Source: an uncultured Microthrixaceae bacterium (GTDB lineage Bacteria > Actinomycetota > Acidimicrobiia > Acidimicrobiales > Acidimicrobilacustridaceae). Taken from it: DNA of 64,000 bases. The notes under the pieces were generated by a model. That model worked only from the letters and a program-made list of their open reading frames with translations. It had not been told where the DNA came from and searched no databases. Location: NCBI GenBank assembly GCA_963740985.1, contig CAVUGJ010000002.1, positions 4,591,105-4,655,104 on the forward strand, given 5' to 3'. How positions within the stretch are numbered: position 1 is the first letter of the stretch; each line of letters opens with the position of its first letter. Below, piece after piece: positions 53,185 through 62,713 of this stretch. The translations under genes and the position numbers were made by a program.

Positions 53185-54885
53185 TCAGGTTCGTGTCATG
53201 TCGACGATCCTCCGCGCCCGGGTGACCCAGGAGCGCTGCGGGCTCCTGCGGGCGACGAGACGCTGCCAGGTCACCACGCCGACACCGGAGGCGACAAGGC
53301 CCGGGATCGAGATGCCGCCGACGGTCGGGCCGGACTTGCGGGAGATGAGCTGGGCGCCGGCCATGATCGATGCGGCGGTGACGACACCGTCGACGAGACG
53401 GTCGACGGCCTGGTCGGCGTCGTGGACCCGGAAGTCGACGCCGAGGGTGCCGGTCCGGATCTGCTGCAGGATGGCCTCGATCTCGTCGGGTAGGTCACCG
53501 AGCAGGTGGTCCCAGCTGCGGGCGGATCGCCCGACGCCTCGAAGGATGCGCCGGGGGTCGAAGCGTTCGAGCAGCATCTTGTGGACGTAGGGCTCGAGCA
53601 ACTCGTTGACGCGGACTTCGGTCCCCACCCCCCGGCCGAGTCCCTGGAGGCGCAGCAGCACCCGGAAGAGCAGGGCCAGGTCGGCGGGGAGCACGAGCTT
53701 GTAGTCGTGGAGCAGCTGCATGCCGCTGCTGACGATGGCGTTCATGTCGAGCTCGCCGACCCCGACGAGCAGGTACCGGTTGAGCCAGGTTTCGATGCCG
53801 GCTCGGAGCTGGGCGGTGTCGACGCCCGGCGGGGGTGTGGTGAGCTCCAGCACGATGTCGATGAGCGAGTCGACGTCGCGGGTTCCGATGGCGATGACCA
53901 TCGTCTCGAGTTGGCGACGGCGCTGCCCGGTGAGGCGTCCGATGTCGCCGAAATCGAGGATGCCCATGTGGGTGCCATCGGGAAGCAGGAAGTTCCCGGG
54001 GTGGGGATCGGCGTGGTAGATGCCGTCACGGAAGATCATCTCGAGATAGACATCGGCGGCCCGATGGACGAGCTCCTCGACGTCCCATCCCGATGCCTCG
54101 ACGCTGGCCCGGTCGGTGAACGGGCGACCTGAGATCATCGACATGGTCAGGACGTTGTGGCTCGACCGATCGGGGTACGGCGTCGGGATGACCACGTCGG
54201 TCTCGTCGGCGAAGTTGCGTCGGAACCGCTGGAGGTTCCCGAGCTCCTGGCCGAGGTCGATGGCGGCTCCCATCATGGTGGCGAACTCATCGATGAGGAT
54301 GGTGGGCCGCAGCTGCGCGATCTCGGGGTCCTCGTGTTCCAGATAGTCGGCGATCGCCGCCATCAACTCGAGATCCTCCTGGACCCGGACACCGGCCCCG
54401 TCGTGCAGCACCTTCACGGCGACAGTTGTTCCGTCCTCGAGGACCGCCCGATGCACCTGGGCGACCGAACCTGAGGCGAACGGTTCCGACTCGAACGAGG
54501 CGTACAGCTTCGTCACGGGCCCGCCCAGGTCGGACTCCACTCGGCGCTGGGCCACCCCGGGTGGATCGACCGGCACGTCGGCCTGCAGCTTCTCGAGCTC
54601 CGCCGCGATGTCCTCACCCACGACGTCGGGGCGGAGGCTCAGCATCTGTCCGAACTTGATCCAGGTGGTCCCCAGTTCGGTCAGGGCGTTTCGCAGCCGG
54701 GCCCCGTCGGAGGCCTCGAGGTCCTCGGGGGCCATCTTGCGGTCGATCAGCTGCTCCACGGGCCCGACGCCGGCGATCCCGGCCCCTCGAGCCGCCCACG
54801 CCGCCAGGCCGTGGTGCGCCAGCACCCTCGCGATCTCGTTCAACCTCGCTCGGTGTTTGACGAGCGACTCAGCCAGATCGGCCAT
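53185..54885 (-). CDS. ABC1/UbiB (AarF) family atypical kinase
   Basis: ...LGTTWIKFGQMLSLRPDVV...EPFASGSVAQVHRAVLEDGTTVAVKV...YHADPHPGNFLL...DFGDIGRL; 566 aa with C-terminal TM segments. Confidence 0.9.
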   Translation of the reverse strand: MADLAESLVKHRARLNEIARVLAHHGLAAWAARGAGIAGVGPVEQLIDRKMAPEDLEASDGARLRNALTELGTTWIKFGQMLSLRPDVVGEDIAAELEKLQADVPVDPPGVAQRRVESDLGGPVTKLYASFESEPFASGSVAQVHRAVLEDGTTVAVKVLHDGAGVRVQEDLELMAAIADYLEHEDPEIAQLRPTILIDEFATMMGAAIDLGQELGNLQRFRRNFADETDVVIPTPYPDRSSHNVLTMSMISGRPFTDRASVEASGWDVEELVHRAADVYLEMIFRDGIYHADPHPGNFLLPDGTHMGILDFGDIGRLTGQRRRQLETMVIAIGTRDVDSLIDIVLELTTPPPGVDTAQLRAGIETWLNRYLLVGVGELDMNAIVSSGMQLLHDYKLVLPADLALLFRVLLRLQGLGRGVGTEVRVNELLEPYVHKMLLERFDPRRILRGVGRSARSWDHLLGDLPDEIEAILQQIRTGTLGVDFRVHDADQAVDRLVDGVVTAASIMAGAQLISRKSGPTVGGISIPGLVASGVGVVTWQRLVARRSPQRSWVTRARRIVDMTRT

Positions 54886-54923
54886 CGAGGCCCTCCCTGG
54901 TTCGTTGACGGTCTATCTGGGGG

Positions 54924-55367
54924 TCATGATGCCCCAGACCCCGGTGGGCTGCCGGGTGGTTCAGCACCTCCGAGGAGCAGCTGGTGGACCTGCTGAGTCA
55001 GGTCGTGGCTGAGGCGCGTGAGCTCGGTGTTCTCGCGGAGCAACGTGGTCACGTCCGAGTAGTCCTGGTCGGCCTTGGCCTGCTGGAAGGACGCTTGACG
55101 GTTCTGGCCGATCATGACGAACGTCGACAGGAAGATGGCCTCGAGCGACACGATGAGCGTCAGCGTGGGCCACGGACTCCTCTCGAACACCAACATCCAC
55201 AGCGCGAACAGGGCCACGTGCAGGTAGACGAAGTTCATCGACCCGGCGAATGCGGTGATCCGGTCGGCGACCCGCAACTGAACATCTGAGGCTCGTTGCT
55301 CGAACTGGTCCACCACCGCCGGGTGATGCAGGGTGGCGGGATCGAGCCTTGGAAGCGGTTTGAGCAC
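54924..55367 (-). CDS. DUF1003 domain membrane protein
   Basis: AGGAGG lies 9 nt upstream of GTG 55367. ...VADRITAFAGSMNFVYLHVALFALWMLV...LTLIVSLEAIFLSTFVMIGQNRQASF....ADQDY is the DUF1003 pattern. It sits upstream of the ABC1 kinase gene. Confidence 0.75.
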   Translation of the reverse strand: MLKPLPRLDPATLHHPAVVDQFEQRASDVQLRVADRITAFAGSMNFVYLHVALFALWMLVFERSPWPTLTLIVSLEAIFLSTFVMIGQNRQASFQQAKADQDYSDVTTLLRENTELTRLSHDLTQQVHQLLLGGAEPPGSPPGSGAS

Positions 55368-55493
55368 GGGTTGGTACCTCCTGATCGTCCCCGCCGGACG
55401 GCGGCTGTCCTGTCGAGATCTTGTCGCGAACGGGTGTCCGCCCGACACGAAAACCGCCGGGTCACCGAGCGCGCCAGGATTAGGGTGCCGGGC

Positions 55494-56654
55494 ATGAGCG
55501 GCCAGGCCGACGCGGTCTCGACGGGCGGCGATGTCCGAGCGGCACGCGAACTGTTCGCGGCCACGCGGAACGCGGCCTACTTCAACACCGCGGCGGTGGG
55601 TTTGGCCAGCCGCGCCCTGGTCGCGGCCTACCACGACTACATCGACGAGTGGGCGGAGCAGGGTCTCGACTATGTCCGGGCCGAGGGCGCGGCGGAGCGG
55701 GCCCGGGCCTCGGTGGCGGGCCTGATCGGTGCCGACCCGGCTGACGTCGCCTTGATCGCGTCGGTGTCGGCCGCGGCCGGTCTGGTTGCCGCCCAGTTCG
55801 GCCCGGCGTCTCGAGGGCAGAACGTCGTGATCGGCGAGCGGGAGTACAGCTCGAATCACTACCCGTGGCGACTACTGGTCAACAAGGGCTACGAGGTTCG
55901 ACAGGTCCCCTTCCGCAATGGCGGTCTGGCCCCCGACGACATCGCCACACATGTCGACGGAGGGACCGTCCTGGTCGCATTCAGCGGGATCCAGACGGCG
56001 ACGGGGCACCGCTCTGACATCGCCGCCATCAGCGCCCTTGCGCGGGCGGTGGGGGCAGTGGTGTTCGTCGACGGTTCACAGCTCGTGGGCGCGTTGCCGG
56101 TGGCACCGGATCTCGATGCCATCGACGTGTTGGCCACGGCCGATCACAAGTTCCTGTTGAACGCCGGCCGAGGTCTCGGTTATTGCTACCTGTCGCGTGA
56201 GATCCGGGACCGCTTCGTACCGATCAACGCGGGCTGGAAGGCGGGACGCGTTCCCTTCGAGAGCTTCTTCGGGCCGAACATGGACTTGTCGCCGACGGCT
56301 TCGCGCTTCGACAACTCGATCAGCTGGCTGGCGGCCATCGGGAACCAAGCTGCGCTCTCGGTCTTCGACACCTTCGGCGCCGAGGCCATCTACGCGCGAA
56401 ACCGCGAGTTGGCGGACACGCTCAGGGCATCGCTCGGCGATGTCGGCTGGGCTCCGGTCGATCTGCCGGTGGACAACCGCAGCAGCATCGTGTCGACGCC
56501 TCTGGGTGATGCCGAACCCGGCCCGCTGCTGGCCGAGTTGAAGCGGCGCGGTGTCGTGTGTTCAGCCCGCGACGGCAACCTGCGCCTGGCCATCCACTTC
56601 TACAATCACGAAGAGGACATAGAGCAGGTCACGACCGCCCTCTCCGAGCTCTGA
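55494..56654 (+). CDS. Aminotransferase class V-fold PLP-dependent enzyme
   Basis: ...AAYFNTAAVGLASRAL...SGIQTATGHRSDI...VFVDGSQLVGALPV...DVLATADHKFLLNAGRGLGYCYL (PLP Lys in DHKF); 386 aa. Confidence 0.8.
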   Translation: MSGQADAVSTGGDVRAARELFAATRNAAYFNTAAVGLASRALVAAYHDYIDEWAEQGLDYVRAEGAAERARASVAGLIGADPADVALIASVSAAAGLVAAQFGPASRGQNVVIGEREYSSNHYPWRLLVNKGYEVRQVPFRNGGLAPDDIATHVDGGTVLVAFSGIQTATGHRSDIAAISALARAVGAVVFVDGSQLVGALPVAPDLDAIDVLATADHKFLLNAGRGLGYCYLSREIRDRFVPINAGWKAGRVPFESFFGPNMDLSPTASRFDNSISWLAAIGNQAALSVFDTFGAEAIYARNRELADTLRASLGDVGWAPVDLPVDNRSSIVSTPLGDAEPGPLLAELKRRGVVCSARDGNLRLAIHFYNHEEDIEQVTTALSEL

Positions 56655-56674
56655 TCGACGAACACGCCGTCCAT

Positions 56675-56723
56675 CTCGTCGGCTTCCGGCGCCGACCGGA
56701 GTAACAGCCGCAGGTGCGCAGCA
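56675..56723 (+). repeat. 48-bp direct repeat, copy B (intergenic, just after the aminotransferase stop)
   Basis: TCGTCGGCTTCCGGCGCCGAccggaGTAACAGCCGCAGGTGCGCAGCAC. It retains the same reading frame and TAA stop as copy A (VGFRRRPE* versus VGFRRRVQ*). Confidence 0.85.
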
Positions 56724-56868
56724 CCGAGCGCGGGCCGGGGCCGGTTCCTGGGGCAATTGCCCCATGACAGCCGACGGGGTTCGGCGCGACCGTGAGCCCG
56801 AACCAACTCATTGCGGGAGGAGTCCAGATGGCGATTCGAGTCCTGCCCCGATCGGGAGACCTGCGCTC

Positions 56869-57693
56869 ATGATCGCCGAGTGGGCGTCGTGGGATCGACG
56901 CGTATCGGGCCCGGCTGATGCGGCCACCTCGGTGCTCTTGCTGCCGGGTGGCATGTGCACAGCCATGCAGTACGAGGAGTTGATGGCTGAGCCGACGCTG
57001 GCCGACGTGCGTCTCGTCGCCGTCACGCTACCCGGGCACGGTGGCCGACCGCCCTTGGCGGATGACTCCATGGAGAACTACGCGCGACTGACGTCTGGGC
57101 TTGCGGCCGAACTCGGCTGCGATGCGGTCGTGGGATTCAGCATGGGGTCCAACGTGGCCTTGGAGATGGTCGGGTCAGGTGGCTTCTCCGGGCCCGTGGT
57201 CCTGTTGGCGCCGAGCTTCTCGCGCCAGGACGAGGCGGCGTTCCTCCGTGGCCTCGATCGGCTGGCGCGTGGGTTCGGTCACCTGCCGTTCTCCGCCATG
57301 TTGAAGATGGTCGGCCAAGCGGTGAAAGGCAGCCCGCTGCCGCCGGAGCGGCTCGAGGCTCTGGTGGGGGAGCTTCGCAACAACGACCCTCGCGTCATGC
57401 GCAGCGCGATCCACGAGTACCTGCGCTACCTCGACAAGTACGGGTCGGTGGCACCCCGGCTGTGCGAGGCGGGAGTGCCGGCCTGGGTGGTGCACGGGGA
57501 GAAGGGCGACGGCGGCGTCACCGCCGACGAGCGCCGGACACTCGAGGCCTGTCCGCAGATCACGCTGGTCACCTTGCCCGGCGGGAGCTTCTTCACACCC
57601 AACGAAGAACCCGGTCTGGTGGCGGAGCTCGTTCTCCAGGCGCTCAAGGCCACGAAACCCGCGACGGGCCGTGACCACACGAGTGCCGGCTGA
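56869..57693 (+). CDS. Alpha/beta hydrolase
   Basis: ...VLLLPGGMCTAMQYEEL...VAVTLPGHGG...VVGFSMGSNVALEM (GxSxG)...WVVHGEKGDGG. Start taken as ATG 56869 within track ORF 56764..57693. Confidence 0.75.
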   Translation: MIAEWASWDRRVSGPADAATSVLLLPGGMCTAMQYEELMAEPTLADVRLVAVTLPGHGGRPPLADDSMENYARLTSGLAAELGCDAVVGFSMGSNVALEMVGSGGFSGPVVLLAPSFSRQDEAAFLRGLDRLARGFGHLPFSAMLKMVGQAVKGSPLPPERLEALVGELRNNDPRVMRSAIHEYLRYLDKYGSVAPRLCEAGVPAWVVHGEKGDGGVTADERRTLEACPQITLVTLPGGSFFTPNEEPGLVAELVLQALKATKPATGRDHTSAG

Positions 57694-57825
57694 TCCGGAC
57701 CACGCCGGGGTTCTGTCGACCTGGTCGATGAAGTCGACGATCAGGTGATCGGCGCGCAACGGCCCCCAGCTCAGCTCCGGCGGGAGAGCGAGCACGGGGG
57801 CCGTGGCGAGTGGCACCTTACAGTG

Positions 57826-58151
57826 TCAGCTCAGCAATACCTCACCTACGCCGCATTCGGCCACGGCCTTGAGCCGTCGCAAGGTCTCCTGAAGGTTCGC
57901 CTCCAGGTCGGCTCGGCGGTCGGTGACGCCCATGAGCCAGCGATCGGCGAGGCGGAAGCACCAGGGCAGGTCTCGCAGCGTCTCGAACGACTCCGTGACC
58001 TCGGTGCCGTCGGCCATCGCTTGGAACCGAGAGGTCCAGCGGGTGGCGTCGTGACCGCGCCCATCCGCCCGACATCAGAGACGAGGTCATACAGCTCGCC
58101 CGGGGTGGCCGAGATGTGGATGCTCGCCTGGCCGCGTGCCCCGGCCTTCAC
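57826..58151 (-). pseudogene. SRPBCC (polyketide cyclase/dehydrase-like) family remnant with frameshift and apparent internal deletion
   Basis: MKAGARGQASIHISATPGELYDLVSDVGRMG in one frame. ...HDATRWTSRFQAMADGTEVTESFETLRDLPWCFRLADRWLMGVTDRRADLEANLQETLRRLKAV...* in another. The total of 326 nt is not a multiple of 3 and is about 50-60 codons shorter than typical family members. Confidence 0.6.
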
Positions 58152-58537
58152 GATGCGACGTCGAGGGCCACGAGCATCGCCGCGGTGTCGTTGGCGAAGT
58201 GGGCGGTGGCGACCTTCCCGTCGAGGATGGTCCAGGTGTGGACCTCGGGCACGTCGAAGGCCCGCCCGGTCGACGGCACCGAGCCGGTGATCCGACCCAC
58301 CTGGATCACCTGTCCGTCCGCCTCGAACATCGCCTCGGTGGTCAGCACCGAGTCGGTCATCGTGACGAGCGTCGCCGCGAACTCGGTCACCCCGGCGTGA
58401 CCGACGTGGCGACCGCCCCAGGGAAGGCGCTCATCCTGGGTGATCACGCAGTCGGTGGCGCTCAGGTCGAGCAGGCGATCGAGGTCTCGCTGGGCGAACG
58501 CCTCGTAGATCTCCGCGACCAGTTCCATGTCAGACAT
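58148..58537 (-). CDS. Nuclear transport factor 2 (SnoaL-like) family protein
   Basis: AGGAGG lies 6 nt upstream of ATG 58537. MSDMELVAEIYEAFAQRDLDRLLDLSATDCVI... is a typical SnoaL-like sequence of 129 aa. Confidence 0.75.
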   Translation of the reverse strand: MSDMELVAEIYEAFAQRDLDRLLDLSATDCVITQDERLPWGGRHVGHAGVTEFAATLVTMTDSVLTTEAMFEADGQVIQVGRITGSVPSTGRAFDVPEVHTWTILDGKVATAHFANDTAAMLVALDVAS

Positions 58538-58555
58538 GTCGAACCTCCTGGTATC

Positions 58556-58590
58556 TACTTCGGTAACCGAAGCTTTGGTGTCCGAAGTAT
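58556..58590. promoter_or_regulatory. Candidate MarR operator: nested inverted repeats built on CTTCGG/CCGAAG
   Basis: TACTTCGG(58556-63)-TAA-CCGAAG(58567-72)-N10-CCGAAGTA(58583-90). It sits in the 64-bp divergent region between the SnoaL-like gene and the MarR gene. Confidence 0.45.
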
Positions 58591-58601
58591 CATCGATCCC
58601 T

Positions 58602-59054
58602 GTGACCCCGTCAAGCCCCCTTCCCGAGGACCGGCTGGCCGTCGGCCAGTTGCTCGGCCGGCTGCTGCACCACTTCCGCACCGAGCTGTTCGCCGAGCGC
58701 CACGGCCGCTACCCGGACCTGCGGTACCCGCACCTCCAGATCTGGGGCAACGTCGGCATCGACGGCATCCGTCTCACCACGCTGGCTGATCGGGCCAACC
58801 TGGGCCTGCCCGCCTGCTCGGAGCTGGTCGACGACCTCCAACGGCTCGGCTACCTCGAGCGGCGCCCCGACCCCACCGATGGTCGCGCCAAGCTGATCTT
58901 CCCTACGGTTCGAGGTCGCGAGGTCCTCGACGCCGCGGGTCTTGCCGTCGCCGATCTGGAGCAGCGGTGGCGGGACAGCCTCCCGGCGGGGGAGTTCGAC
59001 CGCGCCTGTCGAACCCTCGACGAGCTCCTGCGGACCCTCGAGGAACCCGGCTGA
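58602..59054 (+). CDS. MarR family transcriptional regulator
   Basis: ...LRYPHLQIWGNVGIDGIRLTTLADRANLGLPACSELVDDLQRLGYLERRPDPTDGRAKLIFPTVRG. GC3 only becomes coding-like after about 58600, so GTG 58602 is preferred over the track start 58527. Confidence 0.75.
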   Translation: MTPSSPLPEDRLAVGQLLGRLLHHFRTELFAERHGRYPDLRYPHLQIWGNVGIDGIRLTTLADRANLGLPACSELVDDLQRLGYLERRPDPTDGRAKLIFPTVRGREVLDAAGLAVADLEQRWRDSLPAGEFDRACRTLDELLRTLEEPG

Positions 59055-59131
59055 GCCCGGCTGCGAGTCGGCGTCACCGCCGTCCTCCTTTGGTACCCGC
59101 GAGCCGCGAGCGCGTCATTGTCGGCTGTGGG

Positions 59132-62119
59132 TCAGCCCAGGCCGTGGGCCTGGCCGATCTTGCCCGCCTCGATGCGATTGGTGCAGTCGAGCTTGCGCAG
59201 GATGTTGGAGACGTGGACGCTCACCGTCTTCTTGCTGATGAACAGCGACTCGGCGATCTCGCCATCGCGTCGACCGGCGGCGAGCTGGCCCAGCACCTCG
59301 ACCTCCCGCGGCGTCAACCCGAGACCGCTCGCCGCCATCGAGCTCGGGTTCACGTCGGTGCCCTCCACCTCGACGAGCACGATGCGCGCGCGCTGGGCCA
59401 GGCGTTCGGTCCGGGCTCTGAGCGAGACCATCCCCAGCGTCGTGCTGAGCCGCCACGCCTCCTGGAGCGCCTGTTCGGCCCGACTTCGTTCGGACCGCTC
59501 CTCGAGCAACGCCTCGGCCTCGCGCCAGCGGCAGTAGGCGGTCGGATAGGGCTCGCTGGCCTCGGCCCATCGGCCGGCGGCCTGGGCCCACAGTTCGGGG
59601 TCGGACCGGTGCAGGCGCGATTGCTCAGCCGTGCACAACGACGCCAGGGCGGCGGCGCGAAACGTGCACCGGCCGCCTCGCGCCTCGGGCGCGGCCACGG
59701 CCTGCTGCGCCTCCTCGACCAGGCCCTGGGCCAACAGCCGCCCCTTGTCGACGTCGAAGCCACCTCCGTCGGCCCGGGACTCCTGGAGCTGGTCGGCCAG
59801 CGCCCGCACCCCCAGGGCGCACATCTCGGGGGTGTACTCCTCGTCGTCGGTGGCCGCGGCCAGGGCCAGCGCTTCTTCGATCTGGGCGTAGGCCTCGGCC
59901 GGTCGGTTCTCTTCCAGGGCCAGATCGGCCGCCAGAATGTGGTACCCACCTCGCTGTTACACGTCGGAGAGCGCGGCGGTGAACCCGTCGCTGATCACCA
60001 GTTGGTCGGCCGCCTCCTGGAGGTTCCCGCGGCGGATGGCGATGGCCGCGCGCGCCAGGGACGGGGAGGCGGCACAGGCCCCCAGACCCCGGTCGCCGAC
60101 CTGGACGAGCAGCGCGTCCGCCTCCTCGTAGCGAGCCAGGCGCAGGAGTGCGTCCGCGCTGTTGGCGGCGGCGGATTCCAGCCGCACGCCCCACAGCTCT
60201 TCGCCCACCGCGGCGTTGTCGAAGACCAGGGAGGCCGCTTCTTCGAGCCGACCGGAGTCGGCCAGGAGTCCGCACAGGTTGCCGTAGGCCCGGTTGAGAT
60301 CCTCGGGGCTGCCGACCTCCTCGGCGATCTGCAGCGCTTCGCGCATCTGCGCGATGCCTTCCTCGTGGTGACCGAGCCAGCTCTGGCAACAGCCCAGGGT
60401 GTTGCGGGCGTGGCCCTCCTCCGCCCGCGCCCCGACCGCTTGGGCCGCGGCGATCGCCTCATGGCATCGAGTCATCGCTTCCTGGGTCCGCGACATCATC
60501 ATGAGCCCGCGTGCTTCTTCGGCCAGCACCCGGGCCAGCTCCGCTGATGGTCGGTCGGCGGGCAGCAGCGCTACCGCATGGTGGTAGGCGTCGAAGGCGG
60601 CCTGGGAGTCGCCGACGGCCCAGCAGTTGCGCCCGAGTAGGGCGTAGATGCGAGCCACCGCCGCGGGCTCGGCGATCGGGTCGGCCGCGGCGATGGCGGC
60701 CCGGGCCAGCTCCACCGAGCGCGGACCGTCCCCGGCCAGGTAGGCGACGTGGGAGGTCGTCTCCAGCAGCGCCACGCACTCGGCGTCGGTCGGGCGATCC
60801 GACTCGGGCAGGCGGTCGAGGGCGGAGAGAGCCCGCTCGAGGTGGGTGAGCGCTTCGGGGAAGGCCCACAGCTCGCCCGCCTCGTCGGCCGCCTCCACCG
60901 ACGTGCTGAGCGCGTCGGCCCACTCCCCGGCGGCCCACCAGTGAGGGGCCAGCTCGGCGGCGCGGTGTCCCGGGTCGGCTGATCCCAGTGACTGATCGGC
61001 ACGCAGCGCCGTCGCCACCTGGAGGTGGAGGCGCCGGCGCTCGCCGGGCAGGCGCGCCGAGTAGACCGCCTCGCGCAGCAGGGCGTGGCGGAACTGGTAG
61101 CCCGACCCGTTGGCGTCGACCACCAGGATCTGGTTGTCGATGAGCTCGTTGAGCACGTCGTCGAGCGCGTCGGCTTCGAGCGGGGCCACGGCCGCTAGCA
61201 GCCGGTGGTCGGTGGTGGCGCCGGCGGCGGAAGCCAAGCCGAGCAGTTGTTGGGCCGCCGTGGACAAGGCCTCGACGCGGGTCATGATCACATCTTGGAG
61301 CTCGATCGGCAGCGACGGGCTGTGGCGAGCAGCGGTCAGCTCTTCGGCGAAGTAGGCGTTTCCCTGCGAGCGGGCCCACACCGCCTCCACCAGCGTCCAC
61401 TCCGGCTGATGGCCCAGCAGGCCTTCGATCAGCGCGGCCGTGTCGTCGCGGCCGAGGCCGTGCAGCTGGAGCGACGTGACCCGGGCGTGTCGGCTGAGCT
61501 CGCTCAACCATGGTCGCAACTCGTGGCCCCGTCCGAGCTCCTCACCGCGATAGGTGCCGACGAGCAGCACCCGGGCCTCGGTGAGGTTGCGGGTGAGGAA
61601 GCTCAACAGCTCGGCGGTACCGGAGTCCGCCCAGTGCAGGTCCTCGAGCACCAGCACCGACGTCGACCGCTGCGCCAGCCGCAGGACGGCAGCCAGGATC
61701 GACTCGAACAGGCGGGTCTTGGCCAGCTCCGCCGCCAGCGGAGGCACCGCCGAGTACCGCTCCGCCGGATCCTCTCGACCCGGTGCTCGCTCACCCAGCC
61801 CGGAGGCCAGCGGGCCCAGGATCTCGTCGGAGGCGGGTTCGCCCAGCTGTTGGGCCACGTCGCGGAGGACCCCGACGATGGGACCGTAGGGCAGGCCGCC
61901 GCCGTCCATCGGCACGCAGACACCGGTGGCGGCCAGCCCTCCGCCACTGCGGGCTCGATCGCAGAGCTCCTCCACCAGCCGGGTCTTGCCGATTCCCGCC
62001 TCGCCGCCCATCAGGACGGTCACGGCATGCCCCGCGGCGGCCAGATCGAGCTGATCAGCGAGGAGGTCCAACTCCTCGGTCCGGCCGACGAACCCTGGAC
62101 GCGATACCCGATGGCTCAC
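59132..62119 (-). pseudogene. Large ATP-binding LuxR-family (LAL/MalT-like) regulator, about 995 codons, interrupted by one in-frame TAA (59957-59959)
   Basis: N-terminus: FVGRTEELDLL...VLMGGEAGIGKTRLVEEL (AAA/NACHT-like P-loop). TPR-like middle region. C-terminus: LTPREVEVLGQLAAGRRDGEIAESLFISKKTVSVHVSNILRKL (LuxR HTH). Track ORFs 59957..62119 and 59132..59824 are in the same frame, separated only by the TAA. Confidence 0.8.
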
Positions 62120-62252
62120 GACCGCAGTGTCGCACCCGGCCCGTCGACGCGGATCGGGAACTCTCCTTAGATCGCGGCGCCGAACTCCCTACTAGCATCG
62201 GCCGAGGGCCGCGGGCCAGGGTCCCGAACACCCGACGAGCACGGAGCAGCCG

Positions 62253-62645
62253 ATGAGCGACGCCGCCCAGACGAAGATCACCGGTGTCGGCACGGTGGGG
62301 ATCCACGTTTCCGACCAGGACCGGGCACTTGCCTTCTACCGCGACGTCCTCGGATTCGAGGTGCGCCGGGACATGCCCTTCGGCGACGGCGGCCGCTGGC
62401 TCGAGGTGGCACCCCCCGGGGCGCCCACCTCCATCGCCCTCATGGGGGCCCACGACCAGGTCCCGGTCGGGATCGACACCGGCATCCGGCTGTTCACCGC
62501 CGACGCCGACGGCGATCACGCTGCCCTGGTGGCCCAAGGCGCCGACGTGGATGCCGAGATCCTGCGCATGGGCGACTTCGTCCCTCCGATGTTCACCTTC
62601 CGCGACCCCGACGGGAACACCCTCTACATCGTCCAGGGAAGCTGA
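62253..62645 (+). CDS. VOC family (glyoxalase-like) protein
   Basis: GVGTVGIHVSDQDRALAFYRDVLGFEV...FRDPDGNTLYIVQ; 130 aa. Confidence 0.85.
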   Translation: MSDAAQTKITGVGTVGIHVSDQDRALAFYRDVLGFEVRRDMPFGDGGRWLEVAPPGAPTSIALMGAHDQVPVGIDTGIRLFTADADGDHAALVAQGADVDAEILRMGDFVPPMFTFRDPDGNTLYIVQGS

Positions 62646-62713
62646 GCCGACCGCAGCGACGAGGTGTCGAGGCCCGTGCGCCCGGTCGGCTGACCGGCTG
62701 AACCCGGTCGGGG

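Noticed and set aside
57694-57825. Start of minus-strand track ORF 57175..57816 (MPLATAPVLALPPELSWGPLRADHLIVDFIDQV...) as a gene fragment
   Set aside because: Only about 40 codons lie outside the alpha/beta hydrolase gene and there is no family signature. It may be a gene remnant, but it cannot be supported.
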